A DNA stretch of 62,878 nucleotides, counting the filler. It is 6 parts of 6 records of this genome, joined end to end, with 100 filler letters (N's around TTAATTAATTAA, not from the genome) between each part and the next. Parts side by side here need not be neighbours in the genome. Positions count along the whole stretch, not along the records: positions 1 to 25,190 come from SRR31156797_18344; 5 more parts are not named here. One strand, 5' to 3'. The position numbers and the translations under genes were made by a program. The notes beneath the pieces were generated by a model that worked only from the letters and a program-made list of their open reading frames with translations, was not told the origin of the DNA and did no database searches. Positions 1-10,482 of this stretch are shown here, in pieces (positions within the stretch are counted from its first letter, which is position 1; every line of letters begins with the position of its first letter).

Positions 1-594
1 GATATAGACTGCCAACTTTCGTTCTGGACAGATTGATTCACAGCCACCGCAACCTATACAGGCATCTTTATTGACAATATCTGGTTTGGTAAGTCCCGGT
101 TTGTGAGGAACCATACGCAGGGCTCCTGTCGGGCAGTGCTCTGCGCAGGCCCCGCAAGATTTATTGTTTGTTAATACGATGCACTTATCAATAACGAGTT
201 TTACTGTACCGATACGGGTTAGTTTTTTCTCAGCAAGTGAAAGATTGCCAAGCGCTTTTGTCGGGCAAACCTCGATACATTTCCGACATTCAAAATCGCA
301 GAAATGATGTACTCCGTACTTCAGTACCGGCTGCATGAAGCCAACAAGGCCGTTTTCAAAAAAAGCAGATTGAAGAACCCTTGAAGGACATTGGCTAACG
401 CAGAGCTGGCAGGCTGTGCATGATTTTTGAAATGCTTCAAGGGATACCGCCCCTGGAGGGAGTGGTGCAGAGTTTTGTGGTTGAGTAGCCGCAGCAGGGA
501 TAGATTCGGGCAGTGCAGTTGAATAAGCAGCAACACAGCCGATCCCCAAAAATTTTAAAAAAAATCTCCTTCTTTTATTTTGTAATTTTGTCAT
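1..594 (-). CDS. NapG/MauM-type multi-4Fe-4S ferredoxin, 3'-truncated at window edge (missing from ORF track)
   Basis: Manual translation: MTKLQNKRRRFFLK...PPGAV...CTACQLCVSQCP...FCDFECRKCIEVCP...CGACAEHCP...CIGCGGCESICP; ATGA overlap with the upstream stop at 591-594. Confidence 0.9.
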   Translation of the reverse strand, partial: MTKLQNKRRRFFLKFLGIGCVAAYSTALPESIPAAATQPQNSAPLPPGAVSLEAFQKSCTACQLCVSQCPSRVLQSAFFENGLVGFMQPVLKYGVHHFCDFECRKCIEVCPTKALGNLSLAEKKLTRIGTVKLVIDKCIVLTNNKSCGACAEHCPTGALRMVPHKPGLTKPDIVNKDACIGCGGCESICPERKLAVYI

Positions 595-1436
595 TTCGCA
601 ACATCCTTTGTGGAAAAGGTATACGAAATTGCTTTGTGATGACATACCGGCAGGCAGTTAAAGCAAGCAATGCAGTTACCATTATCAATCTGTTTACTTT
701 TTACCTTGATCACTCCTGCCTTGCAGGACTCTTCACAGAGGCCGCAGGAAATACACTTTTTTCGATCTATACGAATTCGCAGTGGTGACTTTCTAGCTAT
801 TGAGCTCAGTATGGTTCCCACTGGACAAATGGTATTGCACCAAAAGCGCCCATGAAAACGAAGTGTAAAGAGAGCGAGAAGAAATATTGAAAGCGAGGCA
901 ATGAAAAGCACGGAAAAACCAGCAAAAAGATACCCTTTTGCAACAAAAGTATAGTTGCCGGTAGGGTTGAGAACCGTTGCAATAAGGTTGTTGCAAAAGG
1001 TTATCACCGGTAAACAAAAAGTAGTGGTTAATCGCCCGAAAACAGACCATGGTTCTACAAGAACCAGCAGCACCGTCGTTCCTGAAAAATAAGTCGCCAG
1101 GCAGAGGATAAGGACAAAGCGTCGTACCCACGTTCTAACGATGCCGATATTGTTAAATCTGTGTTTTCTTTTCTGCAAACGACCAATCCCGTCCTGCACG
1201 ATACCGAGCGGGCATAAACACGAACAGTACCACCGTCCTAAAAACAGGGTGAACAGAAGGATGACTGCCGCCGAACCAAACGAACTTGCCAGCAGCGCAG
1301 GAACCAATTGATTACGGATCAGAAAAGAGGCACCCATTACGTATATTTCAGAAACCGCACCACTGACGTACAAGAGAAGTAAGAGAAACACCACCCCACC
1401 AAGAAGACGGCGGATAGCTTGCAGGATGCTTCCCAT
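591..1436 (-). CDS. Membrane 4Fe-4S binding protein (NapH/YccM-like polyferredoxin)
   Basis: TM helices, GRWYCSCLCPLG and GRFWCNTICPVG motifs, C-terminal CxxCxxCxxxC ferredoxin motifs. Confidence 0.88.
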   Translation of the reverse strand: MGSILQAIRRLLGGVVFLLLLLYVSGAVSEIYVMGASFLIRNQLVPALLASSFGSAAVILLFTLFLGRWYCSCLCPLGIVQDGIGRLQKRKHRFNNIGIVRTWVRRFVLILCLATYFSGTTVLLVLVEPWSVFGRLTTTFCLPVITFCNNLIATVLNPTGNYTFVAKGYLFAGFSVLFIASLSIFLLALFTLRFHGRFWCNTICPVGTILSSIARKSPLRIRIDRKKCISCGLCEESCKAGVIKVKSKQIDNGNCIACFNCLPVCHHKAISYTFSTKDVAK

Positions 1437-1448
1437 GACTTTCTTCAG

Positions 1449-2375
1449 CTAGAGTGTGATCCGTTTAATGTTCAGAGAGGCTAGATTCGTTGTTCCCAGA
1501 CCACTTTCTTCTCCTTTTTTAATGTGGGAGACCGCTCTCAAATCCATTGGTCTGAGTTGAGAGAAGAATTTCATCGCAGCTGTATCCGCAGCAATGGGAT
1601 CTGATGAAGTGAACATTGCCTTTGTCTCCACCACATCCTCGACACTGATACCAGATGGTCCATTGCTTACCATGGTTCGCCAGCCGTCAACTATATTAAG
1701 GGTCGGTCGTTTTTCCCAGCTACAGAGATCTGCAATACATTGCTGCAGACCATCACTATGAAATTTTTGTCTGTCCCAAACAATTCCCATATTATTCTTC
1801 ATGGAAATTGACATATTTGCACCGCCATGGTGTTTTAAGGTTGGCACATTGAACCAGACATCACTCTTTACCAGGGCGTCATGGATTTTGGTCTTTTTAA
1901 GAATTTTCCCCTTTGGCAGGGAAACTGTCTTGTAGTACTTTTTGTTGTTTGCAGGTACCATTGTACCACCGTTTTTCTTGACAGCCTCTTCAATACCGCT
2001 GAGCTGGTAGCAACTACGCCACTCCTGACAGGTATGATCAAGTACCTCCACCTTGCCGGCTCCTGCATCCAGGGATAATTTCACCAGTTCACCTATAACT
2101 TCCGGGCTTGTGTTGGCACCTAGCTCAGGTCTTTTTGCCCAGCCTATATTAGGCTTGATAACCACTTTGTCACCTTTGTTCACAAAGGAACTGATACCGC
2201 CAAGTTCATCCAACGTGCGCCGCAGCATTTCTATGGGTGACATGCCGCCGAGTACCGCAACAAGGTCGCCGCCCTTTTCAGCAAAGGCTTCTTTTATCCA
2301 CAGAGGTATTCCAAAATCGAGCGAGGTTGCCGTAGTTACTACCATACTGGTTTTGATGAAATTGCGTCTGTCCAT
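1449..2375 (-). CDS. DUF362 domain protein with Tat signal
   Basis: MDRRNFIK twin-arginine start after GGAGG; VVIKPNIGW, PTLKHH and SMKNNMG motifs. Confidence 0.85.
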   Translation of the reverse strand: MDRRNFIKTSMVVTTATSLDFGIPLWIKEAFAEKGGDLVAVLGGMSPIEMLRRTLDELGGISSFVNKGDKVVIKPNIGWAKRPELGANTSPEVIGELVKLSLDAGAGKVEVLDHTCQEWRSCYQLSGIEEAVKKNGGTMVPANNKKYYKTVSLPKGKILKKTKIHDALVKSDVWFNVPTLKHHGGANMSISMKNNMGIVWDRQKFHSDGLQQCIADLCSWEKRPTLNIVDGWRTMVSNGPSGISVEDVVETKAMFTSSDPIAADTAAMKFFSQLRPMDLRAVSHIKKGEESGLGTTNLASLNIKRITL

Positions 2376-2539
2376 AATTACCTCCGGCTTTATACGTTTT
2401 CTCTGCAGCCACAACAGTGGGGGCGTTATTGGATGGAATTGTCCATTTATGGAAAAAATCCTGTAACTATATAACTAACAATATTATTTGATCAGCCGCA
2501 ACAATGCAACGCTCCATGATGATAAGCCTGTGACTCCAG

Positions 2540-2667
2540 GTTGTCAGTAAAGTGACTTTGGCAATGTCGATTTATCGATCACTTTACGCAACTTGAGTAC
2601 CATTGGAACAAGTAGACATTCTACGGCGTTTTCACAAGTCTGTCCTTTAGGACGTTTTCCTGACAAC
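2540..2667. mobile_element. Possible MITE/IS-end remnant
   Basis: Terminal inverted repeat GTTGTCAG...CTGACAAC with an inner GTAAAGTGA/TCACTTTAC repeat; abuts the truncated 5' end of the pseudogene. Confidence 0.35.
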
Positions 2668-2675
2668 GGCTAACT

Positions 2676-4010
2676 TGCAGCGTGTTTGCCAAAACAGACA
2701 TCGTCCATCACCAGCAGGAGGGAGCAAGCATAGAGGAAATTTTATTGGGATTGGCCTGCGCGGTTGTCAGGAATTACCGGGTTTCGGTTATGAAAAAGCT
2801 TCCGCAGCAGAAACCTATCATGCTGGCCGGAGGCGTTTCCTGCAATAAGGGTATCATTGAAGCCCTTTACGGGCTTTTGGCACTTCAGGATGACGAACTG
2901 ATCGTCACGGACCAGGTGGCAACGCTGGGTGCTGTGGGTGTCGTTCGGGTAAGCCTTCAGGAGCAAGCAAAGATAAATTGCAGGTGGCTGGCGCAGATAC
3001 TGGAGGAGAATGAACCGCTCTCCTTACAGACGAAGCCCCTCCATCCCAGACTTAATAGATTTGGCACCAATGATGGAGAAAGCAAGCATGACCTTCAAAA
3101 TAGAGAAGCCGGATAACCTTGGCTGGATAACTATTATTTAGGAGTGGACATTGGCTCTACCAGCACCAACCTGGTGGTAATGGGTGATCATGATAAAATT
3201 GTGCTTACCGCTACCTGCGAAGTTTGGGGAACCCGGTAGAAGAGGTACGCAAAGGTTTAGCATCGATTCATGAGGAATTCGGTGAAGATTTTGTGATCAG
3301 AGGGGCATGTACAACCGGCTCCGGACGCTACATGATCGGCAGCATGATCGGGGCAGATGCGGTCAAAGATGAAATTACTGCCCAGGCAAGGGCTGCGGTG
3401 TGTATCGACCCGGAGGTGGATACCATTTTTGAGCCAGGGCGATTCGCCGCATGCTTGAAAGGGAGCCATCCCCAAAACGTATTTTCGGTATAGGAGAACC
3501 GTGGGTGCTGTATAACGACTTCTTAAATGATTTTCAATTTGTTCGTTTGGAAGAACAGGGGTACAGGGTCAAGTATGCTCCGCTCAGTGAGATGATGTGG
3601 CTGTTCTGGTATGACTATGCAAAATTGAACTCCCACGTTGAAAAGCATGTTGAGCGAATCAGCCGTTTTCTGGAAATGATCCGGACTGTTGTTGCGGAGC
3701 TAAATTCGGAAAGTACGTTTGAACAAGATCCAATAACGCTTGTTGCCCTGGCCGATCAGCATATAGGTTATTATATTATGCAGGAGGGTTCGGTAGGTAT
3801 CGTGGGGCAAAGGAGGTAGCGCTTAAAAAGCATCCAATAGATGGGATCATCATGGCAACCTCGGTTTATGAAAATACCGGCATATCCCTGAGTATCCTGG
3901 CCGATTCTCCGGATATGCAGGACTCTTTTTCGACCTTGAATCTGGCCTTTTGCGGCAACAGGAACGACAATAACCGTATTCGTTGTGATGTATTTCTTCA
4001 CTACCTCTAA
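2676..4010 (+). pseudogene. Fragmented acyl-CoA dehydratase activase (BcrAD/BadFG ATPase + DUF2229-type) gene
   Basis: CSVFAKTD, LAGGVSCN, LGVDIGSTSTNLV, TTGSGRY..DEITAQA and GIGEPWVLYND pieces in different frames; stops, frameshifts and a large internal deletion. Confidence 0.8.
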
Positions 4011-4070
4011 TGTTAAGGTGAATTACGGGAAACGATTGACAAATCCATTAAGCTTCTTTACCATGAAGGC

Positions 4071-4541
4071 ATGGAAACAAAACATGATCTCATACATGGT
4101 ATTGTGACGCAACTTGTCCGGGTAACTAAAAAACAGGGGCGGATAGAAGAAATACCCTTTCGGCTTGACAATGGCACCTCGGTGACGCCCACAGAAGCTC
4201 ATACGATCATGGAAATAGGGATGAGCAAAACCATAAATGTAACTGAAATAGGGAATCATTTTGGAGTTACCAAGAGTGCAGCCTCACAGATTGTAGCCAA
4301 GTTGAGCAAAAAAGGATTGGTTGAAAAAAAGGTATCCGCTCACAGTGCCAAAGAGCTACAGCTCGAACTTACTAAGCAAGGGCAGAAAGCCTTTGATGCG
4401 ATGGGGAAATATCGCCGCATCCATTTTGATAATATTTCAGAGCGACTGGGAGCTTTTTCCCTAGCCCAAATTGCAACAGCCATGGCTTTTCTGGATGTAA
4501 TTGAGGATGTGATGGATGAAAGGATAAAGAAGCGCGAATAA
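4071..4541 (+). CDS. MarR family transcriptional regulator
   Basis: wHTH: VTEIGNHFGVTKSAASQIVAKLSKKGLV...LELTKQG. Confidence 0.9.
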   Translation: METKHDLIHGIVTQLVRVTKKQGRIEEIPFRLDNGTSVTPTEAHTIMEIGMSKTINVTEIGNHFGVTKSAASQIVAKLSKKGLVEKKVSAHSAKELQLELTKQGQKAFDAMGKYRRIHFDNISERLGAFSLAQIATAMAFLDVIEDVMDERIKKRE

Positions 4542-4611
4542 GATATTTTTTTGCGCTAATGGTTAAGTGTCTTTACTATTTGGTGGGCAAAATACAAAAA
4601 AGGAGTTCCAG

Positions 4612-5112
4612 ATGAAAGTGGAAACAACTAACACGTTCCCGCTGTATGATGACCATGATATTCCCGATGAATATCGGGGTGAGATGGAACCTGACGGGTC
4701 CATGTCAACGTTGCTGGCAGAATCCGGTTATTCCCAGAAAGCCATCGACTACTACTTGCATAAGCCGCATTTGGGTATAATTCTAGATGCCGATAGTGTT
4801 ACTGAGTATACCGGTACTTGCGGTGACAGCCTGGTTCTTTACCTCAGTATATCGGATGGGATGATTCTCGATGCGAAATTCCAGGTGACCGGATGTGCGG
4901 GAGCGCTTACCGCAGCCATGGCTACGGTGGATCTGATTAAGGGCAAGACTGTTGCCTTTGCAGCATCCATCGATGACGGCATGGTTTTTCGCCTCCTGGA
5001 ACAGGTACCGGTAGCAAAGCATGAATGCATTCAACTGGCTGTAAAGACAGCCCGTAAGGCTCTTGACAGCAAGAATGTAACCAAGGAAAACGAGACTCAT
5101 ACATATGAATAA
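4612..5112 (+). CDS. IscU/NifU N-terminal Fe-S scaffold-like protein
   Basis: GTCGD, GCAG and HEC cysteines; AAGGAG RBS before ATG 4612. Confidence 0.85.
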   Translation: MKVETTNTFPLYDDHDIPDEYRGEMEPDGSMSTLLAESGYSQKAIDYYLHKPHLGIILDADSVTEYTGTCGDSLVLYLSISDGMILDAKFQVTGCAGALTAAMATVDLIKGKTVAFAASIDDGMVFRLLEQVPVAKHECIQLAVKTARKALDSKNVTKENETHTYE

Positions 5113-5695
5113 GCATAGAAGTCACAGTAGTTCCAAAAATCGAAAAAGCAAGGGCCCAAGCAGCGCCTGGCTGCATGATCCAGAAACGGTTCTAGGAAAT
5201 ATCCACTTGAAAGATGGTCTAGTATTCGTTGATCTGGGCTGCGGTTCCGGCGATTACACTATTGCTGCCTCCAAGATGGTTGGTTCGGGGGGACAGGTAT
5301 ATGCGCTTGATAAATTGGAGCACCTGATAGGCACTCTTGCTTCAAGAGCAAAGCAAGAAGGGCTGGATAATATTACTCCTCTTACGGCAGATATCCTCTC
5401 CTCTTTGCCCCTTGAGGGTAAGAGTGTCGATGTGGTGTTTATCACCACTGTACTGCACATTTTCAATTTGCAAAAAATAGCACCTTCCTTTTTCCAGGAA
5501 ATGCACCGGATTTTAAAACCTGGAGGCTGCATGGCTATTGTCGAATGCAAAAAAGAGGACCGAAATTTCGGACCTCCCAAAGAGATGTGTCATTCTCCTG
5601 AAGAAATTCAAGCTGCAGTTCAGCCATATTCCTTTATACAGAGAGAGTACTCATCTTTTGAACATACTTACCTGCTGCAATTCACGGCTCTTTAA
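5105..5695 (+). CDS. Class I SAM-dependent methyltransferase
   Basis: VDLGCGSG motif I, VDVVF, LKPGG. Confidence 0.9.
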   Translation: MNKHRSHSSSKNRKSKGPSSAWLHDPETVLGNIHLKDGLVFVDLGCGSGDYTIAASKMVGSGGQVYALDKLEHLIGTLASRAKQEGLDNITPLTADILSSLPLEGKSVDVVFITTVLHIFNLQKIAPSFFQEMHRILKPGGCMAIVECKKEDRNFGPPKEMCHSPEEIQAAVQPYSFIQREYSSFEHTYLLQFTAL

Positions 5696-5708
5696 GAAGC
5701 AGTAGTTC

Positions 5709-5738
5709 CCTGGTGAGAACCATGAGGTTCTCGCCAGG
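5709..5738 (+). terminator. Stem-loop after methyltransferase
   Basis: CCTGGTGAGAACC-ATGA-GGTTCTCGCCAGG; no U-tract. Confidence 0.45.
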
Positions 5739-5925
5739 AAGACACAATGGTTCCGGGCGACTAAAGTCCTCTGCAGCTGTTCTCTAGTATAATTTAATCG
5801 GTAGCCATTCCTCAGTAGGAATTTGTTATCTACTATCTTGAATGCGCTTCTCTCTCAACATGCCGTCCTATTGCGCAGCCACATTTTGTATGATCCAATA
5901 TTGTCTCTGTCTGGTAGTTCATTGC

Positions 5926-8900
5926 TTAATTCGCCAATTCTCTCTTGATGGCAATGGCCAAATCACTGACGGAATATGGCTTTTTGACGAACTGGCTCAC
6001 GCCTAACGCCATCATTTTTTTGACCTCAATCTCATCGGCAAAACCACTCACAATAATTGCTCGCTGACCTTTCTTTTCGGTAAGAATCTTTTCATATGTT
6101 TCAAGCCCTCCCATACCAGGAGGCATGATCATATCTATAAGAATCAAATCAAATTCTTCTTTCAGTGCCTGTTCCACTCCTGTTTCGCCTGAACTAGTAA
6201 AAGTTCCTTGGTACCCGAGAGTATCCAGCATATATTTAGCCACATCCAACTGCTGCAACTCGTCATCTATTACTAAAATTGTCTCCCCGTTACCTTGGAG
6301 ATCACTGACCTGTATTTTTTCTTCAAATGTGGGAATTGTCGTCTTTGCTGCTGGGAGGTAGAAGGAAAAGCGGCTGCCGCCTTCAACATTTTCAGCAAAA
6401 ACTCCACCCGCGTGATCTTGAGCGCTATTCCAGACAATGGTCAACCCTAGCCCTGTTCCACTCTTTCCCATCGTTTTTTTAGTATAAAAAGGTTCAAAGA
6501 TATGAGGGAGGTATTCCTCTGGAATACCTCCACCAGCATCTTCAACCGAAATGGCCACATAACGGCCTGGTTTCAACATTTTTGGTGGTTGTTCGGAGGT
6601 AAAAGTAGACAGAATTATTGATTGACCAGATTTGGTGACCTCAAAGGCGTTAGTTACCAGGTTCATAATCGATTTTGAAATATGCATCGGGGAGCAAGAG
6701 ACATTGTCCAGATCAGGATCAAGGTGTAGGTCCAGTTTTACTCCAGGGTGACATTTTTCAAGATTTTCAAATTCCGGGGATAAGATATATTCCTGGATCA
6801 AGGTGTTAATATTTATGTTTTTTTGTACTGCTGTTGCGCCTCTGGCTACCGTAAGCAGGTCCGCCACAATACATGCTGCCTTTATTCCTGACTGATGAAT
6901 GGTTTCAATGTGGCCGTATACTTCACTCTCCTTAGGTAACTTCATCAAGACAAGTTCCGGATAAGAAACAATACCAGATAATATATTGTTCAAATCATGG
7001 GCAACGCCACCAGCCATCATGCCAATAGTTTCCATTTTCATTGATCTGTGCAGGCGAGCCTCCATTTCAAGCCTCTGCGATATGTCTTTAAAGAAGACAA
7101 AATTGCAGTATATGTCAGTGTATTTGAAAGAGCTTATGTATTGTTCCACAGGAAAAGATGTGCCGTCCTTTCTTATAAAGCGAGTAATTGAAGAGTGTGC
7201 AATTTTCCCATCGTGTTCCACATTGAAAAGAAGGGGAGAGTCGGGTGGATCCCCTTCCAGAATTTCTTCCACATTAAGTCCCATAAATTCATCCAGGGAG
7301 TAACCAAGAGTTATGGCTGCTTGAACATTTGCGTGAACAACTCTGACCATCTGTGATTCTTTTTCCAGGGCTATCCAGAAAATGGGAAAAGCACATGAAT
7401 CAATAGCATGCTGGGTCATTAACAGCTGTTTCTGTGTGCTTTTGAGAACTTCTGAGTTTTTTCGAATTTCCAGGTTTTGAAACTGTAGTTTTCGATTCAG
7501 TTTTCTCAGCGTATAGTGCCGATAGAGCAATACTCCAAAAAGCAGAGCAGCCCCTGCAAAAATTTGAAAAAGGAGGCGATAGTTCGTCACCTCTTCATAT
7601 TTAACAGATATCCATTTGTTAAGAATTTGTTGATGATCAGTGTTGTTTAAAGAAAGGATCGCCTTGTTCAAAATACCTAAAAGCTCAGGTTGATCATTTC
7701 TTATAGCCATATTTAATTCCAGTCGCAGGTTCGCTTCAGTAGCTATTTTGAGTTCGCCTGCATGTCCTTTTGGGATGGTATATGCCAGGGAAAGCAGGGA
7801 GTCTACATAGCCGAAAAGTTTACCTTCACGTACCATCGACAATCCTTTCTCAAGGGATTCGACTGGCCTAAAATCTATATTGGGGTATTTTTTTGTTAAG
7901 TCGTCAATATAGGCATACCCGTCTGTAACGCCAACTTGTTCACCCCTTGCCGCAGTAAGGCCTGGCAGGAAGCCACTGCTACTTCTCGTTGCCAATACAA
8001 GGGGTGAAGTAAAATAAGATCGGCTGAAGAAAAAGTGTTTTCTGCGTTCCGGTGTAGAGATCGCCATTGATATAAAATCACATTTCCGTACTTTAGCGGC
8101 CTCCACGGTTTCTTCCCAACTTTCGGTTTGATAAAGGGAGATCGGTATACCAATCCTCTCGGAAAACAGTTTCATGTATTCTGCAGATATTCCCACATGT
8201 TCGCCATTCTCGATTCTTTCTATAGGCATCCAATTTGGGTCTACACAGATTGATAACGCCTTTTTCTTTTTTAAATAAAGGCGCTCTGCTTCGTTAAAGT
8301 GTATTTTTTCCTCTTTTAAAAAAGTTATATACCATTGATCTTGCAGTTGTTTTAATTCTTGGCGGGTAATAGTGGCAGCTGCTTTGTCCAAAATAGAGAG
8401 TAAAATTGTGTTCTTAGGGTTAACAGCTATATAGTGAGGGGCAGAAGGGAATAAATCATTAGTGGCAATAGGTGTTGATCCCACTTCCGTTAATAAATGC
8501 TTACCAATGTAATAGTTGAAAACGGAATGTGCTCCAACTGCAGCGTCAGCACGACCTGCGATTACCTCCCGAATTGCTACCAGCAGATTATCTGTAAGCA
8601 GCAACTCAATATCAGGATAGTAGGTAGTGAGCAGTTCTTCCTGGGAATAACCGCGAGCAACGGCAATAACCCGATTTCGAAACGTTTCTATACTGTTTGC
8701 TTGCTGTTCACTATTTTTTACCAACAGTCCATTAAAGACATCAACAACAGGATCACGAGAAAAAAGAAACTTTTCTTTCCGTTTTTCAGTAATGGTCATG
8801 TTAGAGATGCAGTCAAGCTCATTACTGGCTAGCATCTCCATATATTCCGGCCAGCTTTTTCCTGGCACAAATTCTGGCTTAAGCCCTGCTTTATCTGCAA

Positions 8901-9111
8901 GCAGTCTCATATAGTCGTTTACATAACCGCTTGCCTTCCCTTGATCGAGGTAATTAAACGGAGGCCAGTCATTCGCCACCTGCACCCTAAGGGTTGGATT
9001 GTTTTTAATATAGAGGAGTTCTGCTGAATTGAGCTCTAACTGCACACCATAGGTCGTGGAAACGTAATAGGTGAAAATACTTAGTAGATAAAAAAAAAGG
9101 TATTTGCCCAT
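5926..9111 (-). CDS. Hybrid sensor histidine kinase (2x periplasmic solute-binding, PAS, HisKA, HATPase, REC)
   Basis: Two PBP repeats (DWPPFNY; DPNWMPIE), TM, PAS (RKDGTSFPVE), GVAHDLNN, EPFYTKK..GTGLGL, LIDMIMP; start could be TTG 9150. Confidence 0.92.
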   Translation of the reverse strand: MGKYLFFYLLSIFTYYVSTTYGVQLELNSAELLYIKNNPTLRVQVANDWPPFNYLDQGKASGYVNDYMRLLADKAGLKPEFVPGKSWPEYMEMLASNELDCISNMTITEKRKEKFLFSRDPVVDVFNGLLVKNSEQQANSIETFRNRVIAVARGYSQEELLTTYYPDIELLLTDNLLVAIREVIAGRADAAVGAHSVFNYYIGKHLLTEVGSTPIATNDLFPSAPHYIAVNPKNTILLSILDKAAATITRQELKQLQDQWYITFLKEEKIHFNEAERLYLKKKKALSICVDPNWMPIERIENGEHVGISAEYMKLFSERIGIPISLYQTESWEETVEAAKVRKCDFISMAISTPERRKHFFFSRSYFTSPLVLATRSSSGFLPGLTAARGEQVGVTDGYAYIDDLTKKYPNIDFRPVESLEKGLSMVREGKLFGYVDSLLSLAYTIPKGHAGELKIATEANLRLELNMAIRNDQPELLGILNKAILSLNNTDHQQILNKWISVKYEEVTNYRLLFQIFAGAALLFGVLLYRHYTLRKLNRKLQFQNLEIRKNSEVLKSTQKQLLMTQHAIDSCAFPIFWIALEKESQMVRVVHANVQAAITLGYSLDEFMGLNVEEILEGDPPDSPLLFNVEHDGKIAHSSITRFIRKDGTSFPVEQYISSFKYTDIYCNFVFFKDISQRLEMEARLHRSMKMETIGMMAGGVAHDLNNILSGIVSYPELVLMKLPKESEVYGHIETIHQSGIKAACIVADLLTVARGATAVQKNININTLIQEYILSPEFENLEKCHPGVKLDLHLDPDLDNVSCSPMHISKSIMNLVTNAFEVTKSGQSIILSTFTSEQPPKMLKPGRYVAISVEDAGGGIPEEYLPHIFEPFYTKKTMGKSGTGLGLTIVWNSAQDHAGGVFAENVEGGSRFSFYLPAAKTTIPTFEEKIQVSDLQGNGETILVIDDELQQLDVAKYMLDTLGYQGTFTSSGETGVEQALKEEFDLILIDMIMPPGMGGLETYEKILTEKKGQRAIIVSGFADEIEVKKMMALGVSQFVKKPYSVSDLAIAIKRELAN

Positions 9112-9519
9112 ATTTATAAAAAAGAAGAGCCTCGTATGCGTTTCAAGCAAAGAGTACTGTTTGAAATGAGTTAAAAATGAACCTTAGTTAAGATGAAGTG
9201 TAGCAGCCAAGCATGAAAGATTCAAAAAAAACTCCTAGATAAGCAGAGATATTTTGCTGCACTTTTTACATCCGAATAGTATTTCCACCAAGATTGTTGC
9301 CGGATGGAACAATCTCATTATCCATAAACGCAAGACGTTTTCTTCATAACTTCTAAGATGTTAAGAAGATTGCTAGAGTTGGTTCTCTTTACCCGTCCGC
9401 GTTTTTTTGTTTCTGCTTGCTCCAAAATTGTTCGGTATTAAAGGGGATATTTCTCAGGTTCACCTGCACTAAGAAAAGCACCTGTACCAGTAAGGTCGAG
9501 TTCATGAATTTACTATTAA

Positions 9520-10452
9520 CTAATCTGATAAAGTGAAATTATTCCTATTTAAGTGACCACTGTTTATTGGCTTTTCAAAACTGTAACAAGCAAGTTTTTC
9601 GCCTTTTCCTGCGGAATAATCAACGCAGCAAACATTTCTCTGCTGCACCACAGGCGGGCCTGTCATCCAGTAATGGCCAAAAAATACCGGTTTTTTTGTT
9701 ATATCGTAACAAGGAAGGTCTTTAGAAGAGTTCACAACAGGACTACCTGGAAAACTATGGTTTTTTTCACCGTATCCAAAAGCGAGGTCTTGATAACTGG
9801 CGTCTCTGTTCCCCCACCATTTAATTCTTATATGATGGCGTATCCTTCCGTATTTATCTTTAAATGAATGCGGCTCAGGTAAGCGTACTTCAACACCTTT
9901 TAGTAATCGTTCAATACTGTCGAAAAAGGGTGTTCCTGGAGTAGCTGATTCAGTAAGATATTCTTCTTTGATCGTATTGTTATCGTTTAGGTACGGTTTG
10001 GCTTTCGTAATCGCAGTCTCATCCCAACAGGCGTGAATTACATGAAATTGTTGAAATTCCAAAAATAAAGGCAAGGTTTTGAACCATGCTATCAACTCAT
10101 TGGTATCTTTATGGCCCAAAGGGTATTCTTTTAAAAAAAGCTCGTGTTGACGAAATTTGCTCTTGCTATGAGGACGTAAATATTCGGTTTCTGACTTCGG
10201 CGTATGGTAACAGATGGCGTTGTATTCGTGATTACCTAGAACAGCGGAAGCATGACCATGGTCAACCATAGCTCTAACGAGTTCAATAACTCTGCGCTGC
10301 TGTTCCCCGCCATCAATTAAATCTCCCACAAAAACCGCCTTCCTTGTCTTATGTTGATAGACTCCATTCTTCATGTGGTAACTGAGTTTGAAAAGTAAAC
10401 TCTCTAGCTTGGCAGCATGTCCGTGTATGTCACCGATTATGTCGTAAATCAT
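9520..10452 (-). CDS. Calcineurin-like metallophosphoesterase
   Basis: GDIHG, GDLIDGG, GNHE, FGHYW. Confidence 0.88.
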   Translation of the reverse strand: MIYDIIGDIHGHAAKLESLLFKLSYHMKNGVYQHKTRKAVFVGDLIDGGEQQRRVIELVRAMVDHGHASAVLGNHEYNAICYHTPKSETEYLRPHSKSKFRQHELFLKEYPLGHKDTNELIAWFKTLPLFLEFQQFHVIHACWDETAITKAKPYLNDNNTIKEEYLTESATPGTPFFDSIERLLKGVEVRLPEPHSFKDKYGRIRHHIRIKWWGNRDASYQDLAFGYGEKNHSFPGSPVVNSSKDLPCYDITKKPVFFGHYWMTGPPVVQQRNVCCVDYSAGKGEKLACYSFEKPINSGHLNRNNFTLSD

Positions 10453-10482
10453 ATTTTTCCGGAGGAAGCTATGTGGTGTTAA

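Noticed and set aside
9520-10452. Metallophosphoesterase as an anti-phage defence component
   Set aside because: Stand-alone common family, with no defence-associated neighbours
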